Under the pieces are notes generated by a model, which had not been told where the DNA came from, searched no databases, and saw nothing but the letters and a program-made list of their open reading frames with translations. The translations under genes and the position numbers were made by a program. A DNA stretch of 57,205 nt, filler included, from Sphacelaria rigidula (taxonomy: Eukaryota), in the NCBI GenBank assembly GCA_964200075.2. It is 6 parts of 6 records of this genome, joined end to end, with 100 filler letters (N's around TTAATTAATTAA, not from the genome) between each part and the next. Parts side by side here need not be neighbours in the genome. Positions count along the whole stretch, not along the records: positions 19,107 to 28,557 come from CAXNAA020008467.1; positions 28,658 to 38,108 come from CAXNAA020008468.1; 4 more parts are not named here. One strand, written 5' to 3'. Position 1 is the first letter of the stretch. The number at the start of each line of letters is the position of its first letter. Of the stretch, positions 22,814 to 34,856 are shown piece after piece.

Positions 22814-24626
22814 ATACTCGGCTAGAGTATCTTTCATTGACAAATCATGGTAACACGTCTACTCCAGCAATATTCTACTTAGCATAACACTCGAACAAGT
22901 GGACCATAGATTACCATAAAAGAGGTACTCCGCGTTAAGGTACGTGGTTCGTGTTTTCTTTGAACCACCATGAGTTGAACCGTTTATCTTTGCTGCAATG
23001 ACTGCATTCAAACGCAGTAAATATATGGACTATATCATCTAGATTCTCAACACCCCCCCGCCCCCGCCCCCGCCCCTCTTATAGTAGTGTGGCTCGGACC
23101 CAAGTGCAAAGTAGATCCTAAACCAGAGAGCTAGGAAAGTGCAACGCCTTGGAACATCTGTATCCCCTTCAGTAGCGTGGACGTAACTTGCCTTTTCCTT
23201 GTAAATTTTCTACAACTTGAGACGGAGAGTGTAAACCATTGTGCGACGTATTTTGGTAGAACCAGAAAAAACGTTCGCGTCTGCTGCACAGAGTTCACCA
23301 TGTCGTAGGTGCACCATCCCGTGACCCATGACAAGCGTTTGCTCCAAGTTCTTCGCACCAGGGGCTGTTGCTCTCTTTCATGAGAATGTGAGTATCCAGC
23401 AATCCCGTGCCAACCGTATTGTGTGATCCATTGAAAGTGCTCCCCCCATAAGGCGAGCAACAGACTGTTAGCGCCAGAAACGTCGCTTTCTCGACTTCTC
23501 ACACGCGGGAAACCCGACATTTCGTCCCTCCGCTGCGGATTTGTGGGTCACCCAGTCCCTTGCAGCGCAGCATGACCGAAGCAATACGGATGTTTACTTG
23601 GGTGAAACAAAAATATATTTTGAGGCAACAGTACGCAAGAACAAGACATACAAAATGTTTTCATGTGCTGATTCACTAGTGTAGCCGGGTGAAAAGTCTG
23701 TAGCCGCAGCGTCGGTGTTTTGTTCTCCTACAGAGCGTTTCACAAATATTTTATCAAAAAGCAAAAAGGCTTGTAGTCGGCACAGCGTAGTATCTCTTCT
23801 ACTGCAGAAAAACAGCATATTCCTCAAAAATACACACAAGGTTCTTCAGTCTCTCCTCCTCCCATTATTGTGGGTGGGAACGAGTAGACCCATGAACGGA
23901 CGACCTATCTTTCATCGGTTCCACCTCGTTGGAAGTACTAAAACCAGTGCGACATCTTCGACAACTGCCCCTACATCCCCACAAAACCCCAGCGATCAAC
24001 ATCTCGTGAGACCATTTCCCGATTGATGAAGTCACGAACAAAAACCCGTTTATACAATTCAGAAGACGTACAAACTGCGTACCCATCTTCCGCCCCCAAA
24101 CCTCGCACATTCGATTGCCTCTTTTTTGTTTTTTGACGGTGAATATCTCCATGACGTGAGCGCTCCGGTTCAGCTCTTTGAGAAAACTCGCACTTTAGTT
24201 TAGACATTGAAACGTTCCTACCACACCTTCGTTCACGAAACGACAATCCGGCAACTTCGATGGCATGTGCGACGAGGCTGAGGGTAGGGGACCAGGATAC
24301 CCTGTCCCTCCTAGCTCAGGTCCAAATACCCGGGATTCATTTGCGCACCCCCGCCACTTGAAATATATGACATGTTTTTCTTGTTACTCCCTCGGAAACA
24401 AGAACCGATCGAACCAGGCGGGTATAGAAGACAACCTTGCATGGTAGGGCAACGACGGAATGCCTTCAAGAATCCCCTTTCGTTTCATCCCACCAAGCGT
24501 CACCACACGCCCATTGACCACCGTTTGTATATGCGAACAAAGCCACGGAAACTAGAATAAATCTGAATACCCGTTGTTCAGATGGCTCGTGCTTACCACG
24601 TCTACGTCGTGACCGCCCTGTGGCCA

Positions 24627-25994
24627 TCAATGGCCGGAAGAAAAGCTCACTGATTTCATGATAGACTTTTCGTGCCCGCGGAGGTACTTTTTCACGAGCT
24701 CCTCAAAGCACACTCTTTTAGCAGCATCCACCACCACACCAGTACGAGATGTACCTTTGTCGATCGTCTCTGCGGTTGCTGTGAATGCCTTTTCCCCAGC
24801 GGCGCCACTTTGAGAACCAGCCGACGATACGCGTTTTTTCGAACGCAGTACCTCGAGTAGCTTAGCGAAACATTCGGGATCGCAGTCCAGCTTTAGTAGA
24901 CCCACACGTCTCTTCCCTCCTGTTTTGACCAAAGCAGAGAGAATAGTTTGGCCGCACACTTCAAGAGTGGACCTGAGCGTCGACATGCGCGTTCCACCGA
25001 CGATAAGGTCCACGACTTCATCCTTTTTGCTGTTGCCTGGACCGTAGAGTTCTGTCATTGTCTGCACCGCCTCGTCGAGCTTATCACCCTCCCGCGCCAG
25101 CTGCGCCAGCTCATCCTTATCACGCCGTAGTGACTCTTGTGCTTGACGGATGCACTCGACTGTAGAGGCTTCCCAGCTATCCATGCCACCGGTTTCACCA
25201 GACGAAGACGTGGTCCTGACATCGCCGGGTATGGTGTACGATGGTGATCGGTGCTGCGTGGGTTTTGCGCCTCCCCATGTTTCCACAGTATACACCTCTA
25301 TGTCAAGAATAGACCTTCCGTCCAGATCGGTATACGCTTTCTTCGACTTTTGTGGCACTTCATAGATGCCGTCGCCGGGGACTTTGCAGGCGATCGTACC
25401 TGTGTTGTGATCGGGGCTAGAATCTTTGCTGAGGTACACTCGGAGTTCATCACTTCCAAAGGTTGGCCCGGAGTTCTTGTCACATAATACTGCCCTGGGC
25501 CGATGGTACGTGTGCCACATCTCCTTCTTAATCCCCCACCTCGTTGCATGCTCATGACTCGCCGTTTGATGTCCCGATTCATCCCGAAGCATGAAGATAA
25601 ACGCCGCTGCGGATTCTTTGAGTGTCTTTTCTTCCCCCGACCACGAAACATCTGAGAATCCCCCGACAATGCTGAACTTCTCGGGCGCCGCCTCTGGAAT
25701 GTTTTGTGACTGTTCCCCCGACAGCGAAGCACCCGACTATCCCCCGACAACGCTCTCCCTCGCGGGCGATATGTTGCTAACCTTCACCAGTGTGATCGTA
25801 TTCGCAGCGTCGTCGCATTTGGAGTGGAAACTTGCGGCACTGAGATTGGCCTCAGGCCGAGATGATGCTCGATACAGCAGTTTCAGCTCTTGGGGCTCCT
25901 TCGGACATCCGTCTCTGAGTAGCTGATAAAAACTCTCACGGTCCCCGCGGCCCAATACTGTACTTAGCCCCTTCAGCATCGAAGAAGTCTGGAC
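24627..25994 (-). CDS. TLDc-domain + coiled-coil + BTB/POZ (KCTD-type) protein, large terminal exon with one in-frame TAG (possible pseudogene or hidden 72-nt intron)
   Basis: ORFs 25737..25979 and 24627..25592 are in the same frame, separated only by TAG at 25737-25739. TLDc motifs LKLLYRAS, FHSKCD..NTITLVK, IVGGFS..W, AFIF, GPTFG, DIEVY. BTB-like VVDLIVGGTRMSTLRSTL...LDCDPECFAKLLEVLR. Putative cag acceptor at 25995-25997. Confidence 0.75.
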
Positions 25995-26218
25995 CTGAGG
26001 TAGTTTAACGACATGGAGTGGAGCTATTAATCTGTGAATGCATGAAACAGCTTTGACCTGAGGTAATTGAGCGATTTGGGGCGAAGGCTCATAGATTCGA
26101 AAGCATGAAACAGCTGGCGCGTGGACAGTGCTCTGGCTTCTCTGAGTGTAGGTTCATTAACCGAGGGGTACTCCCGTGCCACCTGGTATTCAGAGGCGAC
26201 ATATGTCAGGCTAGGTTC

Positions 26219-27458
26219 TGTGACGCCAGTCAGAAGAGGGACTGGTGGATCACTGCTGTTGAGGAACACCCCAGTCTCACTGGCCTTAGTTTCAGTTGTC
26301 ACATCTCATATTATCAGGAGTGCCGTTCCAACGTAACCTCGTGGACACGCCAGAGGATCAACCTAGTGTACCCGGTCATTATCCAGATCATCACTACCAA
26401 CTCAACGTAACGGCATAATTTCGTCACAGCACCCTCAAAGCGCTTGCAAGAGTTTTGCTTTCGGCGGGGGATAGAAATGCATGTCGACTGCCCAAAAAGA
26501 CGGGCGTCTCCAACGGTGGACCAGGCGGAGATATCCGCGTCTTCATGGAGTCCCACAATCGCCGAGCGTCGACTCCAAGATCCTTAAGCATCTGCAACCC
26601 CAGAAGAATGATGCCATCCGACCCCGGCATGATTGCAAACGAGATCGGAGGCAACTGAGCCGGCCTCCAGGAAGTCGTGAAAGTCAGCTGCAGCGGAACA
26701 GTACCCTCTGTGACGTGAACATGCTGACCCGACGCGGTGACGGCCTGCCGCGCCCCGAGCGAAAACGGCTTGCGCAGCGGCACACTCGGGATAAGACGCT
26801 CCAACATCTCTACAATCTGTACCGGCAGACTCACATGACCCGTCAAGTGGGCGCCAGAACCTCACTTAGCCCGAACCGCAATGACTCCACGTTCCCGTTG
26901 ATTTGGAAGACAGCTCGGCAGGAACGTATTTGTGCGCAGACTCCACTGGCACTTTATTCACCGACCGATGTGCCGCTAGTCCCACTTGACGCCACGGCTG
27001 CGCAAACTGCGCAGGCGAAGACGCCCCGGCAGGTTCAAACGGCACTGCCGGCGGGTATGACCCCCAGCCAGCAGATCCAAGAATTTGGTGAACCTCCGCC
27101 TTTCTGCTGCTGCTTCAGCTGGAACCCTCTCCACGCGTCCGGGGGTTTTCAGGTTTTACACAGCTGCTAAACTCCTGCGCCGAAATCCTCCCCAGCAGGT
27201 TTTGCGAGGTGCTATTTGTAGCACTAGCACTAGCACTAATATCGATATTTTGACGCCAGCCAGAAGAAGGACTGGTGGATCACTGCTGTTGAGGAACACC
27301 CCAGTCTCACTGGCCTTAGTTTCAGTTGTCACACATCATATTATCAGGAGCGCCGTTTCAACGCAACCTCCTGGACACGCCAGGGGATCAACCTAGTGTA
27401 CCCGGTCATTATCCAGATCATCACTATCAACTCAACGTAACGGCATAATTTCGTCACA
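26219..27458 (-). mobile_element. Internally deleted Ty3/gypsy-type LTR element with both LTRs
   Basis: 210-bp LTRs at 26219-26428 and 27249-27458 (about 11 mismatches by eye), 4-bp TSD GTTC, PPT-like motif at 26429-26443, aspartic-protease C-terminal fragment (..IILLGLQMLKDLGVD) and a frameshifted CCHC knuckle near 27045-27085. Confidence 0.9.
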
Positions 27459-27750
27459 GTTCCCATGATGAAACCCGCGATAAGACCTTAGGAAACAGCT
27501 GGCATAGGTATTGCCGGGGTGGTGTTCACGTCGCACCGGGCAAAGATCAGGAATACACACGAATGGATGGGAATGCACGTGACATGTGCAATCGGTGGAA
27601 CAGAGAGCGGATTTTGTAAAATACCAAACGCCCAAATGCATGATATTGAGTCTTATATAGTGTGTTCTTTCTGTCGGCCATTACTTGTTTTGTACCCCTT
27701 CATTGCGAAGCAGTCCATTGCAGTTCGTGTGATTCTCTCAGTGCACCTGT

Positions 27751-28163
27751 TGCGATGTAATGCGTGAGAGGACCGCGTGCTTCGGATAACCGCTATAATG
27801 CGTGAGAGGACCGCATGCTTAGAGGACCGCGTCATAGTCACCTCAGGATCGACGCTCTTCGAAACCAATCGACCCAGTCCCAGTAGGGACCATGCCCCTG
27901 ACCCTGACCCCAATACTAACTCTAACCGTAACCCTAACCATAGCGGTTTTCAAATTCAGATGCGGTCCTGTAAGCACGCGGTACTCTCACGCATTACACC
28001 GCATCGGAGTTCAAAGACCCCTATGGTAAGGGTTAGGGTTAGGGTTAGTGTTGGGGTTAGAGTCAGGGGCGTCGTCCCTGCAGGGACTGGCCTGATAGGT
28101 TTTGAAAAAAGTCGACCCTGAGGTGTGTCGAACTACCATGCGGTCCTCTCAGGCATTACAGCG
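27751..28163. mobile_element. Two oppositely oriented copies of a short TIR element carrying telomere-like (CCCTAA)n tracts
   Basis: TGTAATGCGTGAGAGGACCGC at 27756 is inverted ending at 27998 and 28160. CCCTAA-like array at 27895-27940 and TTAGGG array at 28026-28065. Remnant at about 55155-55205. Confidence 0.7.
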
Positions 28164-28180
28164 AGTTGCAAGCTTAGTCG

Positions 28181-28427
28181 GACACTTTCTACGATAGCCC
28201 TCCCCAAAACCAGCCCAAAAGTATCACTAAACAAATTGCCATACAGCGCCTGATGTTTGTGTTCAGGCTGTATTAAGCGCTTCATATTGGAGAAATTGGC
28301 TAGAGCGAACCCAAGCGTGGGAATTCCCAGCTGCTCGTTGTGCTCGGCTGTTCCCATTTCGATTTACGTGGAGATTTTGTCCCCCAAAAGCGTGCACTTT
28401 TTGGGGGGGGCTATCGTAGAAAGTGTC
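28181..28427. mobile_element. 247-bp MITE, TIR GACACTTTCTACGATAGCCC, apparent 4-bp TSD GTCG
   Basis: TIRs at both ends, GTCG at 28177-80 and 28428-31. Homologs at 17021-17295 and about 50255-50522. Confidence 0.85.
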
Positions 28428-28557
28428 GTCGACACAATGTTTGCTGGCTTTTGGTATCTACTTGAATGGGATTCTGGAAAAATCTCGCGTAATACTTCAT
28501 ATCAGATACTCAGGAAAAAGCACACTCAAGATGACCGTGAGTGACACCATAGGTCAC

Positions 28558-28657
28558 NNNNNNNNNNNNNNNNNNNNNNNNNNNNNNNNNNNNNNNNNNN
28601 NTTAATTAATTAANNNNNNNNNNNNNNNNNNNNNNNNNNNNNNNNNNNNNNNNNNNN
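28558..28657. other. Artificial scaffold linker 3
   Basis: Identical 100-nt spacer. Confidence 0.98.
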
Positions 28658-28761
<104 letters not shown>

Positions 28762-28779
28762 TACGAGTACTGTACTACT

Positions 28780-29336
28780 GTTGTTGTAGTCGTTCAACTC
28801 GGCCCTCTCATGCGTCGACGCTTGCAGTGATAAAGAAAACAGCTGCCGTTCAGGCGTCCTCACATAATTGAAATTGCTTATACACGCCGTCTCATGCAAA
28901 GCAGGCGTGGTCATGAAGACAATCCGAACATGCAACTGTGCCTCATGCCAAGGACCAGTGCTTCGCTGTTCGTGAAGGGGGCAACGTCCCCAGACAGTAC
29001 AAAATCTTGAGTTCACGAGATCAGACACACTGACCACCACGGAAGGATAACTGCGCTTGAGTCCTTGTATCAGGGTCAACGTCAAATATTTGATGGAGTG
29101 GCTCCTACATAAATATCTCGAGCATTCCTTGATATTCACTTAGTCGACCTTTTGCGTTACTTTATCGTGTCACTTGCAGAACGGAATGGATCGCGGGTAT
29201 CCTAGCCATGTTGGAAAAAATTCCAAATCATCCGAGATTCAAACCCACTACCCAATCCAAAGGGTATGGCATATCTACCAATCATCAGAGGGTTTCGGGG
29301 TTGAGGTTATATCAACTGAGCCGCCGGGGCGACCGG
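28780..29336 (-). mobile_element. tRNA-derived SINE with the same head but a different body
   Basis: Minus-strand head CCGGTCGCCCCGGCGGCTCAGTTG...GGGTTTGAATCTCGG. Body not alignable by eye to the two other copies. 3' limit approximate. Confidence 0.6.
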
Positions 29337-30459
29337 AATTGTCAGTGCCATATTTTTCGTGAGTTAGTGTTCGAGTTAAACGGTACTTTCCCAACAAATA
29401 AGCGTTTCCGACCTACACCATGGCATGCATCCTTTGCCACGCAGGGGCCTAAGCTAGTTACATAGTCTGCAGCGCAACCTTCCAGTGCTCATGTGGGCAG
29501 CACTCTTCCCAGGATGCCTCCCCCTCCAATCTCAGTAAATTTCACGCCGTCGAGCATGACCATTTCACATGGAACCCATCCCAAGGAAGCAAACTCTCTA
29601 GAAAGCCTCCATATATCGAAAGAAGATACAATGTGTATATATTGAAAGCTTTTAGGGCCGTTACCTGTATCTTGTGTTGAAAAGTGTATTGAGGCGATCC
29701 GATGGATACAGAACAAAACGAAAGCACACTCTGGCGTCGCTCTGCGGGAATTCCACAAAAGGCATTTGTGCTATAATACTAATGGTACTTGGAGCTTTTT
29801 TACTGAAAACAACTGTATACATACAGAGAGAGGTAAACATACATGCTCTTTTATTTCAAAGTATTTTCCTATCACGAGTTTGAACAGAAGGCTAATGTGA
29901 AAGAAAAAGAGCAAAATGCGCTGATCGAGAGAGCAAACTTTTAAAGGTCATAATCCTATCGAGCTGCAAACGACGCACTGCAATTATAAAAACGTCAGCC
30001 TGGAAAGAGCGCGCCACACTTCCCTACCGTGAAAGCGCGATCGTGTGGCCAAGCCAGAGATTTCCGTCAGACAAAGAAATTGCGCGCACTAGCGGTGATC
30101 GAGCCCCGTTTTGTGTAGTCAGACGAAAACACGAAAGAGAGGCATCTCGATTCTTCACTTTTTTTTCGATTGAAAAAATTGAAAAAAACAGAGCAACGAA
30201 AAAGGGGGGGAACAAAACACAGCCCCAAAAAACTCGCGTAGAGTACAGAGAGTCCGTACAGTCAGTACAGTGCGGTCAGCAGCAGAGACAGTACAGCCCG
30301 GCCTACCGCACCAGAGTCAACCGCCAGTAGCCGCCGCGGAAACCCTCCTCGCTCATCACGAGGAAAAGCTTCTACTTGATCCACGGGCGGAGGACAGTTT
30401 CGTTATATTTGCTAGAGTACACTTTCAAAAACAATTCGTTGTTGAAATAAGTACGCCCC

Positions 30460-32121
30460 ATGCGGCGAGGGCTTGGGGGCTACAAACGGAGACACAGCAG
30501 TCGGCGAAGTTCACACGGTGCTCGCGGCCGCAGTGTTTCCCCAGTTCCTTCGGTAGGAGCGCGGCCACTTCCAGACTCCGACGCGGCGGGCTCTCGTAGC
30601 CCGCTGACGGGCCTTCCGCGAAAAGCCAGCACAGCGCCGTCTTCACCTCACGACAGTGTCTTGCCTGTAGGCCCAAGCGTTTGGGAGGAAGCGGGCCAGC
30701 GAAGCGGGTTACCATCGCAGCAGGGGGGGGCATCAACTGCGGCAGCGGGAGCAGGAAATTCTGAGGTGTCCTCCTCCGCTTCTTCGCTTCCCCCTCCGCC
30801 CTCGTCGACCGTACCGCTGGGCCCGCCGTCACGAGCGCAGCAGCAGGAGCAGCCGGCGCGGGGGGGGGGGTTCAAGGGTCAAGGCGAGACCTCGGGAGTT
30901 AGCGGCACCGAACCTACCATGGGCACGATTTTCACGGAGTGGTTCCAGAAGCTGTTTGCTCACAACGACGGCAGCAACAGCCACGGTGGCAGCGCTCTAG
31001 CTGGCGGTGACAGCAAGTCGTCATCTCGTGGAAGGATGGGCAATAAAACCGCTCGCAGTGGGGCTGGCAGTGCCATGGGGTACGCGGGTAGCGGGGGTTC
31101 AGCGACCGGTGACAGTACCCCGGCTAGAGCCAGCGGGGAAGAAGGCGATACCCCTTCCAACAAAACTTCGGCGGCGAGTGACTTCGTTCGGCCTCAGTCA
31201 CCGACCCAAACGACCGTATCGCCATCCCCAGCTGCCGCCACGGCTGCTACCGATGCCGTGACCAGCTATGTGGATGTTGCTGCGCGGGCGGCTGAAGAAG
31301 GTGACCCAATTGCTGCTCCGCTGTCGACCAACGGGGACGCGACTCTCGAGGCGGGAGGACTCAGCAGCAACATGGCCACTTCCGATGGGGTCCAGGGCAA
31401 CGCGGGCGAAGCTGATCCTTCATCCAGCACGGCAGTCGCTGCAACGACATCGGATGCTGTGCATCCTGGGGCGGGTGGAGAGAGGCAGCAGCAAGAACAC
31501 TCAGGAGCGAAGGACGACAATGCCGGTTTCCTCGGTATTTTCACCCGCGGGTTCGGCGTCGGGTCAAATAAGGACGGCAGCGACCAAGGCAAGGAGGTCA
31601 ATGCCCATACCTCGGTTGCACCTGAATCAGGTATCACGGAGGAGGAACGAGCAGCGCGTTCAGCCGCAGCGGGAGCACCAGGAGAGGGAGGTACGTCGTT
31701 GCCCCCGAATTTCGTCGAGGCGGCGGCAGCAGCACAACCCATTGCGAGTACGGGCGGTGGTGCCACTGCTGCAGCTGAAGACGCCAGCTCTACCGTGGGC
31801 GCGTCTGCGCATCCCGCGGATATCGCCGTCAACTCGAGCGAGGGCGCGGCGCGAGCAGTCGGCGGTAGCGGAGGGTCTTCACCGACCCCTGGAGCGGCTG
31901 GTGCGAGTGGTACGGGCGAGGCTAGAGGGACGGCGCGCGGGGAGGGGGGGGTGGGGACGGCGAGCAGATCCACCAGTCCGTCCAGGTCGCAGACGCTAAG
32001 CGTTGGGTCGGACGATGGGGAGGAGGAGAATTTGTACACTGCGGGTACGCATCAGGGAGCAAAGCCGTCAATTGACGACTTCAGCTCTCTACGGGTGCTC
32101 GGGAAGGGATCTTACGGCAAG
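30460..32121 (+). CDS. AGC-group Ser/Thr protein kinase (S6K/Akt/SGK-like), long first coding exon
   Basis: 554-codon GC-rich frame with a long disordered Ser/Ala/Gly N-terminus, ending in KPSIDDFSSLRVLGKGSYGK (kinase subdomain I) directly before an AAG|gtgag donor at 32122. Start codon uncertain (30460 or 30919). No further kinase exon recognised in this scaffold. Confidence 0.85.
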
Positions 32122-34509
32122 GTGAGATGGAGAAATATGCTTTGTTCTTGTTGTGCGTTGTTATCTTGTACCCTTGGTTGTTCTGTCGTCTTCGAGCCGG
32201 TGTTTCAGCAGCGAAATTTGTGCTGCACTTCATGTCGGTTTCGGGAGATGTTTGAAGTTTTACACATACTACTCTCTGCTGTAGTCGCTAGTCTGCATGC
32301 ATGTCTGCATCGTGTTTTTTTCAACACGCCCCGAGAGGGGCTGCTTCTCGTGACGTCCTGGTCTTACAGTAGGCCAAGTTTCCGACAGGGGCAGACATGT
32401 GTCTGTTGATTTGCGGGATGTGAACGTGTGCAGCTTGTAGTGAAGATAGGACGGGACCTCGATGAGGCAGCATGTTATTCTGCCTCTCTCACAACCCATT
32501 GTCTCACATCACGAAATCGACAGCTGGTTTTTTCGGCGTGTATGACAAGCCTACCCACGTTGATGCTGAATTCATCCCCAAGGCTGCGACAGGGGTGACT
32601 TGCCAGGTGATCAGTACTGGCTCTCTGTAAATATCGAAGATTAACTTTGAAAAACGTTACGCTCACGGTGGCAAGCCCGTTCTCTACTCCAGGCGGGATT
32701 TATTTCGAAAATATTCAAACACCATCCCGTTGTTGAGAGAAATGTTCATCCTGTCTGGAGTGCACGGTGTGTCCTCATGTACAAAACCGTCACCTCTGAC
32801 AAGTGCGTTCGTATCGAACTACTGTAGTCTGTTACTGTCTCTATGCGTGGAATACTTCACTCTCCCGCAGCCTACTTCCTCTGTCCACTGAGCACGAGCG
32901 TTCTGTTCAGTTCGCTCAAATTGCATGCCCTAAAACGATTTGCCGTTTCTTGGTGGTTGATCGGCAATGTACGTGTCTGCCGGAGATGGACATGCTTTCC
33001 GCCGCGCTCCGCCGCGGGAGACCCTCGAGTAGAAACATCCTTGGAGAAAGATCGTAGCCCTAGAGCAAGCACAGCGACGTTCTCAGATTGTTGGGCAATT
33101 TCTTCATTTAACGATACCATGACTAGCTTGAAGACTCAAGTCCGAACCCAACACTTGACAGCATGATGCAGTCTCTAGTAGCCGCTGGGACAGTCACGCT
33201 CGTTACAGTTTCGACCAACAAATACTGTAGACAGAGAAGTAACGGGAGCATCGATGCCATGTTGGTTCTCAAATGGAGCTCTCACACGTGGAACTGTTTT
33301 TCAAATGGTTGATGAAAATTCGAGAATCTGCCCTGCATTTTTCGGGTTTGCAGTTTACGGAGGCGGGTTACGCTTCACTCACAAGCACAATTCCCGTCGG
33401 AAGGGTATATACTTGGAGCAAATTTGGAATTCTACGCTTCGTCCCGCAGAAAATCCGCATGTCGATTTGACACATTCTTGCGTCTGTAGAATCCCAACTC
33501 TGTCACGTAGGAGGGAAACATGGGGCAAGAGGAGGGTTGCATAAGACTATGAACAGGCCGAATGTGCATTGGCAGATAGACGCCAAACTGAGGGGGGGAA
33601 ACGCCTCTATGCATTTCCTCTAGGCCGTTCCTTGTGATCCGGACAAAAGTCGGTGGCGGCTTCTCGGATAGTTTTTCTGGAACCGTGTCCTGTTGGCCCT
33701 TTTTTCTGCGAGGACCGTTCTTCTCCCTATTTTTTATTTTTGGCCCGTCTTGCCGAGAACAGTATGACTCTTTTCGGAGGAATCAGAGTTCGTCGGGGGA
33801 AAGGGATGATGAAAAAGAAAGATGCCTCCCAACATACGGGGAGTACAGCTGTACAGACACCACGAACGTTTTCTGAAAGTGTCATCATGGAAAAATGTTG
33901 TTGGAGGAAACTCACGTTGCTCGAACGTTTCCACCACAGTCTTCGAAGGCTGCAGTGTTACGCCCATTTGATGATATGGAGGCGGTTTTTGGTTTGAGAG
34001 CACCCGCGTTGGCGCAAATGGTCATGCTCCACTGTATGAGTTGTGTTGAGAGTACACACGGCCGTGACCGCACAAGCACGTAAGGTTGGCGCTACAAACA
34101 ACATAGCTGAAGCATCCAGACAATAAAAGGGCGCATGGCACTGTGTTGTGGACCCTTGGACGGCGAGAGCAGGTCATCTGTTGAGTGAGCATCATTGAAT
34201 GGGCATCATTCACCTTGAATGAAGTATGCATGATCCAGATGGGCTACCCTCGCAGTCCAGGGGTTGATATACAAAATGCTTCCCGCTTCCCGAATCCCCG
34301 AGACGGAATTGGCACGGTAGGATGCATGCATATGTCAGTCCATGATGTGCTGACTGTACCACGCGAACGACGCCTCGGAAGCTCTGAAATACCCGCTATC
34401 CGTCCATGACAATTGCGCACGTGAAAATTGCTCTGTGTTGCAGTGACAGATCAAGCGATATGGTGAAGAAAAAAAGATTTCCGGAGAAGCTCCTCTAGGT
34501 AAATCTTGC

Positions 34510-34856
34510 TGACTGTGTGTGTGCCGTCCGTTTATTCTGGACGCCGGTCTACAGCTTTCGGTATATGTGGGCGCACCTGCCGGGGTCACACGGGAGTAAG
34601 GCGAACACAGAAGTTTTTGTTTTTGCTTGTTTTTAGTTGTCCACTTTCCTCCTGCGGTGCTTGCCTTTATTTTTTATCGCGAGAGGGGTTTAGCAGTCCC
34701 TTTCCCTCGTCGACCATTAGATCGAAATTGTGTACCCACGACGCAGTCGTTCTCCACTCTCGGGCATTGTGTGAGAAGAGATCCCAGATCGCTCCGAGAT
34801 TCGAACCCACGACCCAACCGTCAGAAGGTTTCCAACTGAGCCACCGGGGCAACCGG
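34510..34856 (-). mobile_element. tRNA-derived SINE, same family as 36451-36833
   Basis: Minus-strand head CCGGTTGCCCCGGTGGCTCAGTTGG...GGTTCGAATCTC and colinear body. Confidence 0.85.

Noticed and set aside
28026-28065. True telomere
   Set aside because: Only a few partly degenerate TTAGGG units, located inside an inverted-repeat element.
31266-32039. 257-aa antisense ORF and 243-aa alternative-frame ORF
   Set aside because: These are shadow frames of a GC-rich low-complexity exon with no independent motif.
32122-32409. C-terminal 95 aa of the 649-aa ORF
   Set aside because: It follows a canonical AAG|GTGAG donor, breaks the kinase fold and is Cys/Leu-rich intron read-through.
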